From positions 7,712,001-7,776,000 of the forward strand of contig CBDCXR010000004.1 in NCBI GenBank assembly GCA_965223845.1: a DNA stretch of 64,000 nt, written 5' to 3'. A program made the translations under genes and the position numbers. Of the stretch, positions 61,023 through 64,000 are shown in pieces (the first letter of the stretch is position 1; the number at the start of each line of letters is the position of its first letter). The stretch is from Planctomycetota bacterium. Its GTDB lineage: Bacteria; Planctomycetota; UBA8108; SXIK01. A model generated the notes under the pieces. The model worked only from the letters and a program-made list of their open reading frames with translations, was not told the DNA's origin and ran no database searches.

Positions 61023-61598
61023 CTAACACGACGGATTCTCGTCTCGCTCGTCCATCGCGCCCTCCGGGCCCGCGAGCTCCTGCGCCATCGTCTGCATCCG
61101 TACCGCGTCGCGGACGGGAGTCCGGCGGAGCGCCGCGCCGATGCGGACGAGGAGAAGAAGGAGACTCGAGTGGATCGCCATCGGGACGATGGGTTTGGTC
61201 CCGGACGCCTCCGTCGAGACCGCACCCGCGAGCGCGGCGCCGATCCAAGCAACCTGGTAGAGGGTGAGAAGCAACGCGGTCAGCCAGCCACCCTTCCGCC
61301 GCCTCGTGATCGCGAGACCGCTCATCGTCAGCAGGATCCCGACGACAAGAAAGGACAGCCAGTGGTGTCCCGAAGGCCACGGCGCGAGGGGGTACCACCC
61401 GATGAGCGCTCGACTCCAGTGGTCCGGTCCCGAGCCTTCGATGAAGACTCCGAACGCTCCGATCGCAAATCCGGTCGTGCACAGGGCGACGCCCCCGAGG
61501 TAGAGCCAGAGGAATTCGCGCGCGAGCTCGGGCGCGTAGCCACACACGCGACACGGGAAGTCACTATCGGCGGGGGTGTTACAGTTCGGGCAGCGCAT
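61023..61598 (-). CDS. Zn-ribbon membrane protein (about 4 TM helices)
   Basis: CPNC..CRVC followed by several hydrophobic helices. Confidence 0.7.
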   Translation of the reverse strand: MRCPNCNTPADSDFPCRVCGYAPELAREFLWLYLGGVALCTTGFAIGAFGVFIEGSGPDHWSRALIGWYPLAPWPSGHHWLSFLVVGILLTMSGLAITRRRKGGWLTALLLTLYQVAWIGAALAGAVSTEASGTKPIVPMAIHSSLLLLLVRIGAALRRTPVRDAVRMQTMAQELAGPEGAMDERDENPSC

Positions 61599-61714
61599 CT
61601 CGAGAAACTAAGGGGGGAACGGACGGGAGTCTCGGGCTCGACGCCATCGTCGATGGCCGCCGGCGGGCCGTGTTGTACCACATCTTCATCTTCCCGTCCG
61701 CGTTCCCGTCCGGC

Positions 61715-61742
61715 TTGACGCGATTCGCGTCCGGGCTACACT
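61715..61742 (+). promoter_or_regulatory. Sigma70-type promoter
   Basis: TTGACG-N16-TACACT upstream of the FHA gene. Confidence 0.4.
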
Positions 61743-61857
61743 CGAGCGGAGCGGTGGCGCGTGCGGGAAGAGTGGTCCATTCTCGCCGCCCGCGTCTCCC
61801 GCAGGTGTCGATTCACCCGGTGAAGTTCCGGACGGCGGAAGCGGAGAGAGCGCGCCA

Positions 61858-63666
61858 ATGACCGAGCGCGACGACCGAGCGAGCGAGGTCGAGCTCGCGA
61901 TTACGAGCGGACGCCAGCAGGGCGCATCGATCACCCTCGCGCCGGGTCGGCCGGTGACGGTGGGCAGCAACCGTCAATCGGACGTCCATCTGCGTGACGC
62001 GGCGGTGTCGTGGAATCACGCGCGTCTCTGGGTCGAGCGCGGGGAGGTGGTGGTCGAGGACCTCGGTAGCGCGAACGGCACCCTCCTCAACGGCGAGCGC
62101 GTTCCGCGCGGCATCCTCCGGCCCGGTGACACACTCGACATCGGAAGCACCCGCTTCGAGCTTCAGGGCGCGGATACCGCGCCGCCGCTGATCGCCCCGA
62201 CGCCGTCCCTCCTCGATGAGATCGCGCAGCTTCGCACTAGGCTCGAGGAGTCGGAGGGAGCGCGCCGCGATCTCGAAACTCGACTCGCCGCCGCGGGAGA
62301 AGAACGCGACGACGCGGTGCGCCGGGCGGCGTCCTTAGAGAGAAAGACGCAATCCGCGCAGCGAAAGCTCCGCGATGCGACGAAGCGTTCGAGCGAGCTC
62401 GAGAACGAAGTGCGCGATTTGCGCGAGCGTACGTCGGGCGATACGAGCCGCTACGATCTCGAGCGCGAGCGCCGCGCGGAGCTCGAGGAGCGACTCGCGC
62501 GGACCGAGACTGATCTCGAGTCGGAGCGCGTCGCGCGGGCGCAGGCGGACGCCGCACTCGAGGCTTCGCGCGAGCGGGACGTCGAGCTCGCCGTCGCGCG
62601 GAAGGACGTCGAGCGCCTGGCGGCCGAGCTGGAATCGACGGCCGCGCGGGAGGGCGAGTCCGAAGCGCGCCGTGCGGCGCTCGAAGCTCGCCTCGACGAC
62701 GCCCGCGCCGAGCTCCTCGAGCTCACCCGGCGCGACGCCGAGCGCGAGGCTCGTCTCCTCGCGGCCGACGAACGTCGTCGCGATCTCGAGGCGCGTCTCG
62801 CTTCGGAGTCCACGGACCGCGACCTCATCGAGCAGCGCTACGATGAGGCGACCGCGGGGCTCGCCCGGGCCGAGAGTGAGCTCGAAGTGCGCGAGCGCCG
62901 GATCCGCGAGATCGATGCGAAGCTCGGCGACGCCGAGAGCCGTGCTGAAGAATCTTCGAAGCGCGTCTCGGAAGCCGACGCCGAGCTCGCGCGCGCGAGA
63001 GAGCGCACGGAGCGCGACGTCGACGCGGTCCGCGCGGAAATCGCCGCGGCGGAAGAGCGCGCGGCCGAGCTCGAGTGTCAGCTCGAAGTCGCCGCCGCGG
63101 AGTGCGATCGACTTCGAATCGAGCTGGCAGCGGAAAAAAAGACGGCCGATGCCGCGGTCGAGGCGCAGCGCGCGGAGGAGGCGAGGCTCGGGGCTCTAGC
63201 GATCGAGCGCGACGAGCTGCGGACTCTCCTCGAGACGGAGCGATCGAGCGCGGCGGAGCTGGCCGCTCGGCTGGAGCGCGAGCGAGGCGACCGCGCCGCG
63301 ACGCTCGAACGCATCCAGAGCGAACAAGCAGACGATCACCGGCGCATCGCCGCGCTCGACGAAGCGAACGCAGCTCAGCGGGCGAAGATCGAGAAACTCA
63401 GTGCGGATCTCGATGAATCGGTGAGCGAACGCGAGCGACTCGGCGGGGAGCTCGAGACCGCTCGCCTCACCGTCGACGACCTCGAGTCACGCGTCGAGAT
63501 GCTCGAAACTCGCGCGAGAGAACTGACGGACAAGGTTACCGAGAAGAATCGGCGGATCCGCGAGGAGCGCGACGCCGGACGGCAGAGGCTGGGACGCGAA
63601 ACCGCGCGCTTCCTCGGAGAGAAGCGCCGTCTCGAGGCCTTGGTTCGCGAACGAGACAACAGCTAG
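61858..63666 (+). CDS. FHA domain + long coiled-coil protein
   Basis: VS..HARL..VEDLGSANGT.LNG FHA core; about 480 aa of E/R/A/L heptads. Confidence 0.85.
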   Translation: MTERDDRASEVELAITSGRQQGASITLAPGRPVTVGSNRQSDVHLRDAAVSWNHARLWVERGEVVVEDLGSANGTLLNGERVPRGILRPGDTLDIGSTRFELQGADTAPPLIAPTPSLLDEIAQLRTRLEESEGARRDLETRLAAAGEERDDAVRRAASLERKTQSAQRKLRDATKRSSELENEVRDLRERTSGDTSRYDLERERRAELEERLARTETDLESERVARAQADAALEASRERDVELAVARKDVERLAAELESTAAREGESEARRAALEARLDDARAELLELTRRDAEREARLLAADERRRDLEARLASESTDRDLIEQRYDEATAGLARAESELEVRERRIREIDAKLGDAESRAEESSKRVSEADAELARARERTERDVDAVRAEIAAAEERAAELECQLEVAAAECDRLRIELAAEKKTADAAVEAQRAEEARLGALAIERDELRTLLETERSSAAELAARLERERGDRAATLERIQSEQADDHRRIAALDEANAAQRAKIEKLSADLDESVSERERLGGELETARLTVDDLESRVEMLETRARELTDKVTEKNRRIREERDAGRQRLGRETARFLGEKRRLEALVRERDNS

Positions 63667-64000
63667 ATCGACGCGGGCGATGGACGCCGTCGAGTGTCCG
63701 GTCCTTCACTATGGAGAATCGAGAGCGGGAGCTCGCGATGGATTCGAAATCGAGTCCCGGCCGCGTGCGAACGTCGCGCTCTCCTGAGTCGCCCCGCTAG
63801 TCCAAAGCACACGACATGCTCAGAAAATCTCTCTCCCGCGCGTTTGGCGCGTCGACGAAACCGACCCCGGAGCTCCCGCCTGCACCTCACGACCAGGAGC
63901 GAGCGGCGGCGCTCGATCGATTGTTTCGGGAGGTCCACGACGAGATCTCGCGCGAAGTGCAAAGGAGAAGCGCTGCGGCGTCGATCTCTCGCGAGTTCGC

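Noticed and set aside
63667-64000. Coding region at the window end
   Set aside because: No ORF with convincing composition or motif; cannot be resolved at the edge

Overview
High-GC bacterial chromosomal window. It is most likely from a Planctomycetota-like lineage (inferred from DUF1573/DUF1570 proteins, a sulfatase, futalosine mqnC, the prkA-yeaH-spoVR trio and many sigma54 activators). Housekeeping genes include truD, an RpoD-type sigma, ndk, an NFACT/RqcH gene, dnaK, pepA, mqnC, ygfZ, lysC, nadE and moaD/moaE. Four things stand out. (1) A ~40-bp degenerate repeat (CACACGAAG-NN-CGCGAAG-N2-4-CGCGAAG-purine tail) occurs four times as two inward-facing pairs. One pair brackets a lone GxxExxY nuclease gene and the other brackets a 7-kb TIR / MoxR / vWA-like / TIR-FGS conflict-type island. 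Each left copy sits just after a housekeeping stop codon. (2) An actin-fold protein resembling haloarchaeal volactin rather than MreB/FtsA is translationally coupled to a coiled-coil gene. (3) There is a dense sigma54 network: three GAFTGA activators, one a 1984-aa kinase-TPR-GAF-AAA+ fusion, and candidate -24/-12 promoters in front of the RpoD paralogue, an orphan dnaK and possibly prkA. (4) Several envelope proteins have unusual domain fusions. No rRNA, tRNA, CRISPR array or transposase was recognised. All assignments come from motif reading only, with no database searches.
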